Positions 16,812 to 27,059 of a stretch of 64,000 bases of DNA are shown piece by piece. The DNA is taken from the NCBI GenBank assembly GCA_963804565.1, contig CAWDQV010000001.1:1558643-1622642 (forward strand), read 5' to 3'. The notes under the pieces were generated by a model. That model did not search any database. It was not told the DNA's origin and worked only from the letters and a program-made list of their open reading frames with translations. How positions within the stretch are numbered: position 1 is the first letter of the stretch; each line of letters begins with the position of its first letter. The translations under genes were made by a program, and so were the position numbers. Origin of the DNA: Candidatus Dormiibacterota bacterium. Its GTDB lineage: Bacteria > Chloroflexota > Dormibacteria > Aeolococcales > Bog-877.

Positions 16812-19652
16812 GTGACCGAACTGCGCCTGGCCCTGCTCGGGACGCCCGTGGTGGAGCGCGCCGGACGGCCGGTGTCGTTCGACACGCGCAAGGCGATGGC
16901 CCTGCTGGCACTACTCGCGGTGAGCCCCGGTGACCACAGTCGATCGCGTCTGGCGAACACCCTCTGGCCCGACTCCGACGATCTCAGGGCCAGGGCCGCA
17001 CTGCGCCGAACCCTCTCGGTAGCGGTCGCGGCCATGGGTGATTCGCTGAGGGTCACCCGCCAGGCGGCCAGGTTGGACCCAAATTCACTGCAGGTGGACC
17101 TGCACGACTTCGAGCGCCTGCTGGGAGCCGGCGACCCGCTGTCCTTGGAGCGGGCCGTTCGGCTCTACCGCGATGAATTCATGGCCGGATTCGGGTTGCG
17201 CGACAGTCCCGAATTCGACGACTGGCAGGCGCAGACGTCCGAGCGGCTGCGCCTGCAGTTGGGGAGCGCCCTCGAGAAGCTCGTGGAGATCCACGCCGAA
17301 TCGGACCCGGGCCGGGCACTCGACCACGCGCGTCGGTGGCTCGCTCTCGATTCTCTCCACGAGCCCGCCCACCAGGCGCTGATACGTCTTTACGCCAAGA
17401 CCGGCCAGCGATCAGCGGCCTTGAAGCAATACCGGAACTGCGTTGGGGTTCTGGACAGCGAGTTGGGTGTGGCGCCGCTACCGCTCACCACAGAGCTGTA
17501 CGAGGCGGTCCTGGCCGGCTCGCTGAGACCCACGCAACCGCCCCCGACTTCCGCGATCCGTCTCAGCGCGGTGGCCACAGCGGAGACCTCCCGGCCAACC
17601 GGCAGCGACCGGTCCGGCGATTGGGCCTTCGTCGATCGGTCGGATGAGCTAGCCCAGATAGCCTCGGCATGGAGAGCGGTTAGGACGGACGGTCAGCTGG
17701 TGGCGCTGGTGGGCGAGCCGGGATCAGGCAAGAGCGCCCTGATCTCCAGGTTCTGCCAGTCGCCGGATCTCGCCGGAACCAGGGTTGTGTTGGCTCGAGG
17801 GCACGAGGGCGAGTTGGGGCTGCCCTACATAGTCATCGCCGACCTGCTCCGGGCGTTGGCGGCCTTCCTCCCCGATCTCGCCTCCAAGCTGAGCCCGGTA
17901 GTTGCGTCGGAGGTGAGCAGAATTGTTCCCGAGCTTGGCTCGGGGAGGTCCGCTCCCCCGCCCGCGGTTTCAAGTCCGACTGGACTGACGCGCCTCTACT
18001 CGGCAATCGCAGCCACCCTGCGGACAGCCTTCGCTGACGGTCCGGGGGTGGTGGTCCTGGAGGATCTCCAGCAGGTGGATCAGCCCTCCCTGGATGTGCT
18101 GGCCTATCTGGTGCGGCGCCTCTCGGAGCTCCCGCTCCTCGTGATCGTCAGCTGGTCGGTCGAGAACTCCGAGCGCCTCCGAGGCGTGGCAACAGCGCTT
18201 GCCAGCGCCGCCGAATCCGCTCGCGCTCGACTCATCTCCTTGCGCCCTTTCGGCGAGGACGCGATCCGCGAGCTGCTAGGTGCCCTCGGCGCATCGCTCG
18301 GGGACGCGGGGCGATTGTTGGAAGAGACGAGGGGGTTGCCGCTGCTGGTGCGCGCCTATGCAGACGCACTGGTCGACGGCGGGGCCGACGTCGGGCCCCC
18401 GGCCTCGGCCCGGGAGGTACTCTCCCGGCGCCTCGGCGCAGTCGGCCAACCGACCGCTCAGCTCATCTCTGCAGCCGCGATCCTGGGTCGCGGATTTGAC
18501 GCCGATCTGCTTCGCTCGGTGAGCGGGCGGGCCGAGGGCGAGGTGGTGGATGGGCTGGAGACGGCCCTGGCACACGCCCTGCTGATCGAGGCGCCACCCC
18601 ACGAGGCTTCCCGGGTCCCCACCTACGACTTTCCCTACGAAGCGCTTCGCCGGGTGGCCTATGACGCCACCAGCCTGGCCCGTCGCCGGCTGATCCATGG
18701 GCGTGCGGCCGACGTGCTGGCCCGCCGTTACGAGCGGGACTCCGGCAGCGTCCGTGCTGCGACCGTGGCCCAGCATCTCCAGCAGTCGGGTCGAGAGTTG
18801 GAGGCCACCCAGTGGTGGTGGCTGGCGGCCGAGCGCTCCCGGACCCTCTACGCACACGCGGAGGCGCTCGCCCATATCTCTCAGGCGCGGGCGCTCGGCT
18901 ACCCAGAGGTTCCGGCTCTGGTGGCCTCAGGAGACGTCCTGGTGTCGCTTGGCCGCTACAGCGAGGCCCTCGATGCGTTCGAGGCTGCCGCCGCCCGACT
19001 CGACTCTGACGACCTGGCACTGGCAGAGGTCGAGTACCGGCTGGCGGACATCCAGCACCGGCTCGGCGAGTGGCCGCTGGCCGCAGGCCACCTACGAACC
19101 GCGCGCGATCTGCTGCCGGACGGCGAGACCGCCCGACGAGCTCGGCTGGAGGGAGACCTTGCCCTTGTCGCCTACCGCCAGGGGGATCTAGCCGGAGCGG
19201 CCGAACTAGGCCAGAGGGCGCTAGATCTCGCTCGACAGACAGATGACCTTCGGGCGCTCGCCCAGGCGACCAACGTACTGGGGGTTCTGGCGGCGAGGCG
19301 TGACCAGCCGAAGGTTGCCGAGCCGCTCCTGCTGGAGAGTCTGGAGCACGCCCAGGGTCTCGCCGACCCAGGGGCGGCGGTCGCGGCCTTGAACAACCTT
19401 TCGCGCCTGCTGGCAGACCTCGATCGGCTGGACGAGGCTCTGATCCATGCCGAGCAAGCCCTGAAGTTGGGAGAGGAGCACGGTGACCGCCACCGAGTGG
19501 CGGCTCTGCATACCAACCTGGCCGACCTGCTGCACGCGAGTGGGCAGCACGATTCCGCCATGGACCACGTGATGGAGTCGGCCCGCCTCTTCGCGGGTGT
19601 GGACGCCGGAGGTCCGATCAGACCCGAGATCTGGGCCCTAGTCGAGTGGTGA
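16812..19652 (+). CDS. AfsR/SARP-family regulator (OmpR-type wHTH plus BTAD plus P-loop NTPase plus TPR)
   Basis: LRLALLGTPVVERAGRPVSFDTRKAMALLALLA, and a BTAD region (DLHDFERLL...ALIRLYAKTGQRSAALKQYRNC). P-loop LVGEPGSGKSAL. The C-terminus is TPR-like and Ala/Leu-rich. Confidence 0.9.
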   Translation: MTELRLALLGTPVVERAGRPVSFDTRKAMALLALLAVSPGDHSRSRLANTLWPDSDDLRARAALRRTLSVAVAAMGDSLRVTRQAARLDPNSLQVDLHDFERLLGAGDPLSLERAVRLYRDEFMAGFGLRDSPEFDDWQAQTSERLRLQLGSALEKLVEIHAESDPGRALDHARRWLALDSLHEPAHQALIRLYAKTGQRSAALKQYRNCVGVLDSELGVAPLPLTTELYEAVLAGSLRPTQPPPTSAIRLSAVATAETSRPTGSDRSGDWAFVDRSDELAQIASAWRAVRTDGQLVALVGEPGSGKSALISRFCQSPDLAGTRVVLARGHEGELGLPYIVIADLLRALAAFLPDLASKLSPVVASEVSRIVPELGSGRSAPPPAVSSPTGLTRLYSAIAATLRTAFADGPGVVVLEDLQQVDQPSLDVLAYLVRRLSELPLLVIVSWSVENSERLRGVATALASAAESARARLISLRPFGEDAIRELLGALGASLGDAGRLLEETRGLPLLVRAYADALVDGGADVGPPASAREVLSRRLGAVGQPTAQLISAAAILGRGFDADLLRSVSGRAEGEVVDGLETALAHALLIEAPPHEASRVPTYDFPYEALRRVAYDATSLARRRLIHGRAADVLARRYERDSGSVRAATVAQHLQQSGRELEATQWWWLAAERSRTLYAHAEALAHISQARALGYPEVPALVASGDVLVSLGRYSEALDAFEAAAARLDSDDLALAEVEYRLADIQHRLGEWPLAAGHLRTARDLLPDGETARRARLEGDLALVAYRQGDLAGAAELGQRALDLARQTDDLRALAQATNVLGVLAARRDQPKVAEPLLLESLEHAQGLADPGAAVAALNNLSRLLADLDRLDEALIHAEQALKLGEEHGDRHRVAALHTNLADLLHASGQHDSAMDHVMESARLFAGVDAGGPIRPEIWALVEW

Positions 19653-19681
19653 CCGTGGAACGAAGTTCGATCGCTGAGAGA

Positions 19682-20098
19682 TCAGGAGGGCGCCTTCGGC
19701 TCCAATTTGATGCTGGTGGAGTTGATGCACCAGCGTTGGCCGGTGGGGTTAGGACCGTCATCGAAGACGTGTCCCAGATGACCACCGCACCGACTGCACA
19801 CGACCTCCGTCCGGCGCGTTCCCAGACTTCGGTCATCCTCCGTCTCCACATGGCTGGCGTCCACCGGAGAGGTGAAGCTCGGCCATCCCGAACCGGAGTC
19901 GAACTGGTCATCCGATAAAAAGAGTTCGAAGCCGCAGCCTGCGCACCGAAATAGCCCCTGGCGCCCGGGGTGGGTGTACTCACCCCGGAATGGAGGATCC
20001 GTCCCCTTCTCTCGCAGAACTCGGTATTCATCAGGAGTGAGGCGGGCCCGCCACTCAGCATCGGTGAGCGTCTTGGTCTCGTCCACGGTGTCGCTCAT
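19682..20098 (-). CDS. msrB: Peptide-methionine (R)-S-oxide reductase MsrB
   Basis: LTDAEWRARLTPDEYRVLREKGTDPPF...FRCAGCGFELF...SGWPSF...VVCSRCGGHLGHVFDDGP...RWCINS. ATG 20098 is preceded by GGAGAA. Confidence 0.9.
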   Translation of the reverse strand: MSDTVDETKTLTDAEWRARLTPDEYRVLREKGTDPPFRGEYTHPGRQGLFRCAGCGFELFLSDDQFDSGSGWPSFTSPVDASHVETEDDRSLGTRRTEVVCSRCGGHLGHVFDDGPNPTGQRWCINSTSIKLEPKAPS

Positions 20099-20182
20099 GT
20101 CAATTTCTCCAGCAAGGTTGGCCAATTCCGATCATAGCGCTCGGCTGGTGACGGACTGGCCTTGCGATACGCCCCGGGCCAC

Positions 20183-21028
20183 CTAGCTTCGGCCCGTCGC
20201 GCCCGCCGCCAGGTAGCGCAGGAAGAGGTGGGACCCGTCACGGCGGGCGCTCAGCAGGCGGAGCCATGGGGATCGATCACGACCCAGCAGGTCCAACCCG
20301 TCGACAAAGCCGGGCCTTGGCTCGGACTTGGTTCGGCCAGCCAAGAGGGGAGAGACCGTCAGGAAGAGCTGGTCCACCTGCCCTGCACCGATCAGCTGGC
20401 CCATCAGCCGCGGCCCACCCTCGGTGAGGATCCTCCGGTGGCCAGCCTGCCGGATCGCGGCTACCAGCTGCTCCGGGTCGATCTCCGGGCCCTTGCCGAT
20501 CACAACAACTTGGTGTTGGTGGGCCCCGGCCAGTCTCTTCTGGCCCTCGCTGGAGGTCAGGATCATGGCTGGGGCGGCGAGTCCGGGGTGGCGGAGGTCG
20601 ACCTCGCCCGAGCCGCTCGCGACCACCAGCGTGGGACGCACGGCCAGACCCAGGATGCGGCGCAGCTCCAGGTAGGCCGGTGCCTGCGCAGGGTAGACGT
20701 GTTCTGCGGTCCAGATGTGGCCTGGGCTGCCGCTGAGCGTGCCCGACCCGATGAGGATGGCGTCTGCGGAGGCGCGGAGCAGCCCCATCACGAAACGATC
20801 GGCCTTACTTTCGCCGCTGAGCTGGGACCCGGATGAAGGTCCCACGACGGCGACTCCGTCCAGCGAACTGACGAAATTGGAGTACAGCAACGACGGCGGC
20901 AGGCCGAAGGGGCCGCCATAGAGCATTTTCAGCTCCGCCGGCAACTCAAACTGGGGTTGGGCGTCCGCCTCGAACAGCAGTTCCAGCGGCGTGAGCGGCT
21001 TCCCCTTGGGTGATTCGGGTTCCGGCAT
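20183..21028 (-). CDS. RibD C-terminal domain / dihydrofolate-reductase-like pyrimidine reductase family protein
   Basis: SNFVSSLDGVAVVGPSSGSQLSGESKADRFVMGLLRASADAILIGSGTL ... ILTEGGPRLMGQLIGAGQVDQLFLTVSPLLAG. Confidence 0.8.
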   Translation of the reverse strand: MPEPESPKGKPLTPLELLFEADAQPQFELPAELKMLYGGPFGLPPSLLYSNFVSSLDGVAVVGPSSGSQLSGESKADRFVMGLLRASADAILIGSGTLSGSPGHIWTAEHVYPAQAPAYLELRRILGLAVRPTLVVASGSGEVDLRHPGLAAPAMILTSSEGQKRLAGAHQHQVVVIGKGPEIDPEQLVAAIRQAGHRRILTEGGPRLMGQLIGAGQVDQLFLTVSPLLAGRTKSEPRPGFVDGLDLLGRDRSPWLRLLSARRDGSHLFLRYLAAGATGRS

Positions 21029-21206
21029 CGAGATCCTCTGGACAGGTGAACCAGCCCACTGTAGGGCTCAGGTTGGGAAAGGCCCCGATCGGCCGTGGGC
21101 GACCGGATGGGGCTGGGCTCGATCGGGATGCGAGTCCCGCCCCCATCCCCTCCCCGCCCGCTGATTGGACGAGATCCGAACCTGTGCATATACTGGCCCC
21201 GTCGCG

Positions 21207-22364
21207 ATGCGCAAGGGGCCAACCCGTTCCCTCTACGTCCTAGCCCTGGCCCTCGGGATCGCCGCTCTCGGCGGAGGTCTCGTCACCGGGACTGTCCTGG
21301 CGTCGGTGCGCGCCCCGGTCCCCAGCGCGGATCACCTGACAGCGCCCAAACAGTACGTGGTCGCGATCATGCCCGGCCACGGGGGGTACGACCCGGGCGC
21401 CACATCACCTTTCAATGGGCTGAAAGAGAAGAACGTGACCCTCGCGACGGGGCTTGATCTCCGCAAGGACCTTGAGGCTCTCGGCGTCAAGGTGGTGATG
21501 ACCAGAACCACCGACACCGACGTCAGCATCGCCAACGCCGAGAAGATCGCGGTCGATGCCCACGCCCAGGTCCTCCTCAGCCTGTGGGTCAACGACTGGA
21601 CCAACGACACCCTGGAGGGGGCGACGGTGTTCATGCCCCACACCAGTGACGCACCGCTCGCCAGCAAGCTGAGCGCGAGCCTGGCGACGGCGATCGCACC
21701 CGCCGGTATGGGGGATCGAGGCACCCAACTGCTTCCTCAACTCTGGGTTCATGCACCTATGCCAGCGGTGACCATCGAGGTCGGCTTCATGAGCAACCAG
21801 CAGGACTCCCAGTTGCTGGCCGAGCCCAGATTCTTGGACGTGGTGGCCCGCGGCCTGGCCAACGGCGTGGTCGCCTACGCTCCCCAGATCCCCAAGATCG
21901 ACACCGCCCTGGTTGCATACCGTCAGTACGAAGCAAAGTTGGTGGCGGCCCGCAGGGCGACAGCTGTCCAACAGGCGTCGCTCAGCCTGATTGCAGGATG
22001 GTTGCCCATCCTGCTCCTGTCGGACGGGCTTCTCGTGCTGATCGCCTTTAGGAAGATCCTCTGGAGCGGTTTCCGATCCAAGTCCCCGATGCTGGCGGGG
22101 ATGCTGACCGCGCTGGCCTCGGCGTTGGTCGGCCTCGCTGGTTCCGCCATGGATGCGCTGTGGCGTGGCATCGTCAGGGCGAGTCCCAAGCCCTCCAGGG
22201 GGAGTAGGACGGTCCGCTCGGCGCAGACCAGGTCCACGCGGCCCAGACGTCCGCCGCGAGAATGGCGAGGTCGGGCGGCCGCCGTCCATCCCCGCCGGGT
22301 AACCGAGATGGTGCAGCCCGGCGACCGGAGAAGGCAGTCGATCTACGACGACTTCTCCGCCTGA
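21207..22364 (+). CDS. N-acetylmuramoyl-L-alanine amidase (Amidase_3) with N-terminal anchor and C-terminal TM/Arg-rich tail
   Basis: MRKGPTRSLYVLALALGIAALGG (anchor), then VVAIMPGHGGYDPGA...KEKNVTLATGLDLRKDLEALGVKVVMTRTTD...LLSLWVND...VTIEVGFMSN. Confidence 0.8.
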   Translation: MRKGPTRSLYVLALALGIAALGGGLVTGTVLASVRAPVPSADHLTAPKQYVVAIMPGHGGYDPGATSPFNGLKEKNVTLATGLDLRKDLEALGVKVVMTRTTDTDVSIANAEKIAVDAHAQVLLSLWVNDWTNDTLEGATVFMPHTSDAPLASKLSASLATAIAPAGMGDRGTQLLPQLWVHAPMPAVTIEVGFMSNQQDSQLLAEPRFLDVVARGLANGVVAYAPQIPKIDTALVAYRQYEAKLVAARRATAVQQASLSLIAGWLPILLLSDGLLVLIAFRKILWSGFRSKSPMLAGMLTALASALVGLAGSAMDALWRGIVRASPKPSRGSRTVRSAQTRSTRPRRPPREWRGRAAAVHPRRVTEMVQPGDRRRQSIYDDFSA

Positions 22365-22519
22365 GCCAGGCGCCTCGAGAGGGTCGCAGCCGGCGCGGTC
22401 TAAGCTTGGGCGGGAGATAGGAAGAGGCGGCGGCCAATCACTCGCCCGGATGCCCACAAGCTGTCCGACGCCGAGATCCGCTTTTCCAAAATCGCAAATC
22501 TTGACCCAGGAGGCACGCG

Positions 22520-23713
22520 TTGGGTGAGGCAGTAATCATCGACGGGCTGAGAACCCCCATCGGAAGGTATGGGGGGGTACTGGCCTCCGAGCGGCCCGAT
22601 GATCTGGCGGCGCTCGTCCTGCGGGCGCTGGTCGACCGAGTCGGCCTGGATCCAAAGGAACTGGAGGACGTTTACCTCGGCTGTGCCAATCAGGCTGGCG
22701 AGGACAACCGCGACGTGGCCCGGATGGCAGTTCTGCTAGCTGGCTTTCCGGTCGAGGTCGGGGGCTGTACGGTCAACCGACTTTGTGGCAGCGGCCTCCA
22801 GGCGGTCGCCGATGCCGCCCGGGCCATTGCCCACGGGGATGGCGCCGCCATCATCGGCGGCGGAGTCGAATCCATGAGCCGGGCGCCCTGGGTGACCGCC
22901 AAGCCGGATCGTGGATATTCCCGCGGGGAGAGGGTGCTCCACGACACTGCCCTAGGTTGGCGCTTCATCAATCCCAAGATGGAGGAGCTCTACGGCACTG
23001 ACTCGATGGGCCAGACCGCAGAGAACGTGGCCCAGATGTTCTCCATCGGCCGCGAGGCGCAGGACCAGTTCGCCCTGGCCAGCCACCGCAAGGCGCTTGC
23101 GGCTCAGGCGCGCGGAACCTTTGGCGATGAGCTGATTCCGGTAGTGACGAGCAAGGGGACCGTCTCGGTGGACGAGTGCCCGCGGGCGGACTCCACGCTG
23201 CAACAGCTGGCCCAACTCAAGCCAGCTTTCGCGGCCGCCGGCACGGTGACCGCGGGTAACTCCAGCCCACTCAACGACGGCTCGGCGGCACTGCTACTGA
23301 CCTCGCCTGAATTCGCCGCCGACCACGGATGGCAGCCGATGGTGATCGTCCGAAGCATGGCGGTCGCCGGTGTTCCACCCCGGGTGATGGGGATCGGCCC
23401 GGTGCCGGCGACGAAGAAGGCGCTCGAGCGAGCGCATTTGACCCTTGCCGACATCGATCTGATCGAGCTGAACGAGGCCTTCGCCGCCCAGTCCCTGGCG
23501 GTTCTGCAGGAGTTGGGTCTGGATAGCGAGGACGCTCGGGTGAATCCCAACGGGGGCGCGATAGCGCTGGGCCATCCACTGGGCTGCTCGGGCAGTAGGA
23601 TCCTGGTCACGCTCGTCCATGAGCTGCGGCGACGTCAGCTCCAGTTCGGCTTGGCCACCATGTGCATCGGGGTGGGGCAAGGTATTGCGGTGGTGGTCGA
23701 GAACATCCGCTGA
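22520..23713 (+). CDS. Acetyl-CoA C-acyltransferase (thiolase; 3-oxoadipyl-CoA-thiolase-like)
   Basis: EAVIIDGLRTPIGRYGG..., NRLCGSGLQAV (active-site Cys), NEAFAAQSL, NPNGGAIALGHPLGCSGSRI. The TTG start is preceded by AGGAGG. Confidence 0.9.
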   Translation: MGEAVIIDGLRTPIGRYGGVLASERPDDLAALVLRALVDRVGLDPKELEDVYLGCANQAGEDNRDVARMAVLLAGFPVEVGGCTVNRLCGSGLQAVADAARAIAHGDGAAIIGGGVESMSRAPWVTAKPDRGYSRGERVLHDTALGWRFINPKMEELYGTDSMGQTAENVAQMFSIGREAQDQFALASHRKALAAQARGTFGDELIPVVTSKGTVSVDECPRADSTLQQLAQLKPAFAAAGTVTAGNSSPLNDGSAALLLTSPEFAADHGWQPMVIVRSMAVAGVPPRVMGIGPVPATKKALERAHLTLADIDLIELNEAFAAQSLAVLQELGLDSEDARVNPNGGAIALGHPLGCSGSRILVTLVHELRRRQLQFGLATMCIGVGQGIAVVVENIR

Positions 23714-23771
23714 GACGGGGCCGGCAAACCCGTATCGAGTCGAGTCAACCCGCGCTAACGAGAGGTAGGGA

Positions 23772-25457
23772 ATGTCCAAGGTCGACGAGATCGCGCACGA
23801 GTACCTGGCCCGGAACTCGGCGCTAGATCCCAATTCCGCATCCAGCCGGGGAACCCTGGGTCACGACTCTGAGATGACCGACTACTCGCCGGCGGGCCAG
23901 GCCGCTCGTGCAGAGCTGGCTCGTAACACGCTCCGCCGGGTGGAAGCGCTCGAGCCAGATTCGGATCGCGACCGACTGGCTACTGCCGTGATGCGCGATC
24001 GACTACAGATCGAGGTGGACATCGACGAATCCGGAGACTGGATGCGGCAGGTCAATGTCTTCGGTCCGATGACGATAGCCAGCCGCGTGTTCGACCTGAT
24101 GTCGCGGGGCGACGAAAGCGCTTGGGAGGCGATCGCCGAGCGCATGGAGAAGGTCCCCGGGTGCATTTGGGGGATCCAGGAAACGCTGGAGCTGGGCGTG
24201 AGCCGCCGGTTGGTGTCATCTCGCCACCAAGCGGAGGTGTGTGCTAGACGGTCCCGCGCCTGGGCGGGAACCGCCAGCCATCCGGGTTTCTTTCGCGGCC
24301 TGGCGGCGGGCTACCAGGGTGCGAGTCAGCAGCTGAGTTCCCGTCTGGCGCCGGCCGCCGAGCGAGCAGACCAGGCCTATGTCGGGATCGCCGACTACCT
24401 GGAGAAGAGCTACCTCAGCCAGGCGAGCGAGGAGGAGGGCTGCGGACCCGAGCTCTACCAGATGAACTGCCGGTTTTATAACGGGATCGAGATCGATCTC
24501 GAACAGACCTATCAGTGGGGCTGGGAGGAGTTGGCCCGGATCCAGGAGGAGATGGCCCGCACGGCCGAGCGCATCCGCCCCGGTGGCACCCTGGCAGAGG
24601 TGACCCGGCTGCTGGAAACCGATCCCAACCGGGCAATCGAAGGCGAGGACAACTTTCTGCGCTGGAACCAGGAATTCCTGGACCAGACCATGGCGGCCCT
24701 AAACGGCGTCCACTTCGACATCCCCGCCCCGGTTCAGCGGGTGGAGGCAATGCTGGCGCCGCCCGGCGGCAGTCCGGCGATGTACTACACCCCCCCAACC
24801 GAGGACTTCAGCCGGCCCGGGCGCACCTGGTACCCGACCCTGGGCCGGACTCACTTTCCTCTCTGGACAGAGATAGCCACCGCCTACCACGAGGGGGTGC
24901 CAGGCCACCACCTTCAGCTGGGCCAGGTTTGTTGGCTCGGCCAGCGGCTCAACCCATTTCAGGGGGTGCTGGGACTCATCTCCGGGCACGCCGAGGGCTG
25001 GGCACTGTACGCCGAGCGGCTGATGGGAGAACTTGGATACCTGGAGAATCCCGACTACTACTTGGGCATGCTCGCCAACCAGGCCTTCCGGGCAGCCAGG
25101 GTGGTGGTCGACATCGGCCTCCACCTGGGATTCGCAATTCCAGAGGCGCAGCCATTCCACCCCGGCCGGACTTGGTCCCGAGAACTGGCGGTAGTTTTCA
25201 TGGTCGAGTGCTCAGGACGGTCTCACGAGTTCTGCGTTGGCGAGGTCGACCGGTACCTCGGGATCCCCGCCCAGGCCATCTCCTACAAACTCGGCGAGCG
25301 GGTCTGGCTCGAGGTCCGGGAGGAGGCGCGGAGGTCTTGGGGCTCCAACTTTGACCTCAAGACCTTTCACCGCCAGGCGCTCAACCTGGGCAGCGTGGGG
25401 CTGCAGCAGCTCCGGGAAGAGATGCTCGAGCCGCGGCCGCGACCTGGTGCCGGCTGA
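23772..25457 (+). CDS. DUF885 family protein (putative metallopeptidase-like)
   Basis: 561 aa. Typical DUF885 features include YHEGVPGHHLQ and GWALYAERLM. The family call is from memory. Confidence 0.8.
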   Translation: MSKVDEIAHEYLARNSALDPNSASSRGTLGHDSEMTDYSPAGQAARAELARNTLRRVEALEPDSDRDRLATAVMRDRLQIEVDIDESGDWMRQVNVFGPMTIASRVFDLMSRGDESAWEAIAERMEKVPGCIWGIQETLELGVSRRLVSSRHQAEVCARRSRAWAGTASHPGFFRGLAAGYQGASQQLSSRLAPAAERADQAYVGIADYLEKSYLSQASEEEGCGPELYQMNCRFYNGIEIDLEQTYQWGWEELARIQEEMARTAERIRPGGTLAEVTRLLETDPNRAIEGEDNFLRWNQEFLDQTMAALNGVHFDIPAPVQRVEAMLAPPGGSPAMYYTPPTEDFSRPGRTWYPTLGRTHFPLWTEIATAYHEGVPGHHLQLGQVCWLGQRLNPFQGVLGLISGHAEGWALYAERLMGELGYLENPDYYLGMLANQAFRAARVVVDIGLHLGFAIPEAQPFHPGRTWSRELAVVFMVECSGRSHEFCVGEVDRYLGIPAQAISYKLGERVWLEVREEARRSWGSNFDLKTFHRQALNLGSVGLQQLREEMLEPRPRPGAG

Positions 25458-25500
25458 CTGAACCTGGATCGGCGGCGAGAATCGGACCCTCGGAAGGGGC

Positions 25501-26001
25501 GTGGCTCCGTCGTCCAGAGTGAGCGCGTTGATGCAGACTGAGGCGGCCATGGACGCTCCCCGGATCGAGAATCTGATGCTCGCAAACCACGTAGAGGCGG
25601 TCAACGGGATGCTCTACATCTCGGGTGGTGGCTGGACCGACCACTGGCGCCATCCGACCGCCCCAAATGGTCAGCCGATGGTGAGTCAGATCGGCGTCGC
25701 AGTCACCGTGCTGGTGCCGTGGACCGCCAGCGGTAATCCCTACCGCCTGCAGGTCAGCGTCGAGGACTCGGTCGGGGCTCAGATCGCCAGCGTCGGCGCC
25801 CAGCTCAACGCCTCCAGGCCAGCCGGCCTGCCGACCGGGGCGGACCTCCGCACCGTCCTGGCTCTCACCTTGAACGTGGTCTTTCCCAAGGCCGGAGAGT
25901 ACCGCGTGGCCGCCACCCTGGCCGACCAGCCGCCCCGGGTCGTCGACTTCCGAGTCCATGACGTAGTGGCGCCCCCGCCCACCCAACCCACCATCAATTG
26001 A
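25501..26001 (+). CDS. Hypothetical protein
   Basis: The composition looks coding (MDAPRIENLMLANHVEAVNGMLYISGGGWTDHW...EYRVAATLADQPPRVVDFRVHDV). The start is uncertain, with ATG 25531 or 25549 plausible. No family recognised. Confidence 0.55.
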   Translation: MAPSSRVSALMQTEAAMDAPRIENLMLANHVEAVNGMLYISGGGWTDHWRHPTAPNGQPMVSQIGVAVTVLVPWTASGNPYRLQVSVEDSVGAQIASVGAQLNASRPAGLPTGADLRTVLALTLNVVFPKAGEYRVAATLADQPPRVVDFRVHDVVAPPPTQPTIN

Positions 26002-26040
26002 CCCATCGCTGCCCGCACTAAGCACCTTAGAGTTAGGGCC

Positions 26041-26949
26041 GTGACCGATCCTTCCTTCGAGGGCCGCGCACGTTTCCGAGAGTTCGAAACCTGGTATCGG
26101 GTGTTCGGCGAGCTCCACCCCGACGAGACGGACCGTCCGGCGCCGGTGGTCCTGCTGCACGGTGGACCAGGTGCAACCCACGACTACCTGAGCCCGCTGG
26201 CGGAACTCGCCAGCGAGGATCGAGCGGTTATCTTCTACGACCAGCTGGGTAACGGAAAGTCGACTCACCTGCCCACCCGCGGCGCCGAGTTCTGGACAGT
26301 TCAGCTGTTCGTCGACGAGCTGGATAACCTGCTTCGCCACCTCGGGATCTCAGGCCGATACCACGTTTTGGGCCAGTCCTGGGGCGGCTTCCTTGCCCAG
26401 GAGCATGCGCTAACCCAGCCCGGCGGGCTCCAGTCGCTCATCATCTCCAACTCGGCCGCCTCATTTCCCGAATTTGTCGCCGGGACTTTGCAGTTGCGCT
26501 CGGACCTGCCCCCCGAGGTGGAGTCGGCCCTGCGCCGCCACGAAGCCGACGGGACGACGTCGGACCCCGAGTACACCGCCGCCTGCGAGGTCTTTTATCA
26601 CCGCCATCTGTGCCGTCTCGATCCCTGGCCCCAAGGCGTGATCGACGGACTGGCTCAACTCGACCTTGACCCGACCGTCTACCACACCATGAACGGGCCC
26701 TCGGAGTTCCATGTGATCGGGTCGATCAAGGACTGGGCTGTCGCCGATCGGCTGAACGAGATCCGGGTTCCCACCCTGGTGCTCTCCGGCCAGTACGACG
26801 AGGCCATACCGAAGATCCAGGAGACCTTGGTGAAGGGGATCAGGGGCAGCGAGCAGGTGATCTTCGAAAACTGCTCCCACCTCCCCTTCTGGGAGCAACC
26901 GGATGCCTATCTGTCAGTGGTGAGGGCCTGGCTGCAGCGCCACGACTAA
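26041..26949 (+). CDS. Proline iminopeptidase-family alpha/beta hydrolase
   Basis: PVVLLHGGPGATHDY, the nucleophile elbow VLGQSWGG, and CSHLPFWEQPDAY at the C-terminus. Confidence 0.85.
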   Translation: MTDPSFEGRARFREFETWYRVFGELHPDETDRPAPVVLLHGGPGATHDYLSPLAELASEDRAVIFYDQLGNGKSTHLPTRGAEFWTVQLFVDELDNLLRHLGISGRYHVLGQSWGGFLAQEHALTQPGGLQSLIISNSAASFPEFVAGTLQLRSDLPPEVESALRRHEADGTTSDPEYTAACEVFYHRHLCRLDPWPQGVIDGLAQLDLDPTVYHTMNGPSEFHVIGSIKDWAVADRLNEIRVPTLVLSGQYDEAIPKIQETLVKGIRGSEQVIFENCSHLPFWEQPDAYLSVVRAWLQRHD

Positions 26950-27059
26950 CCGGCGACCGGTGTCTTATTGGAAGGTGTGGCCGCGCCGTCCCGGCAGGGG
27001 CTCAATCCGCTGCTGCCGGGTCGTGCGCGGGGTCTCTCGGCGAATTTGAAGTCGCGACG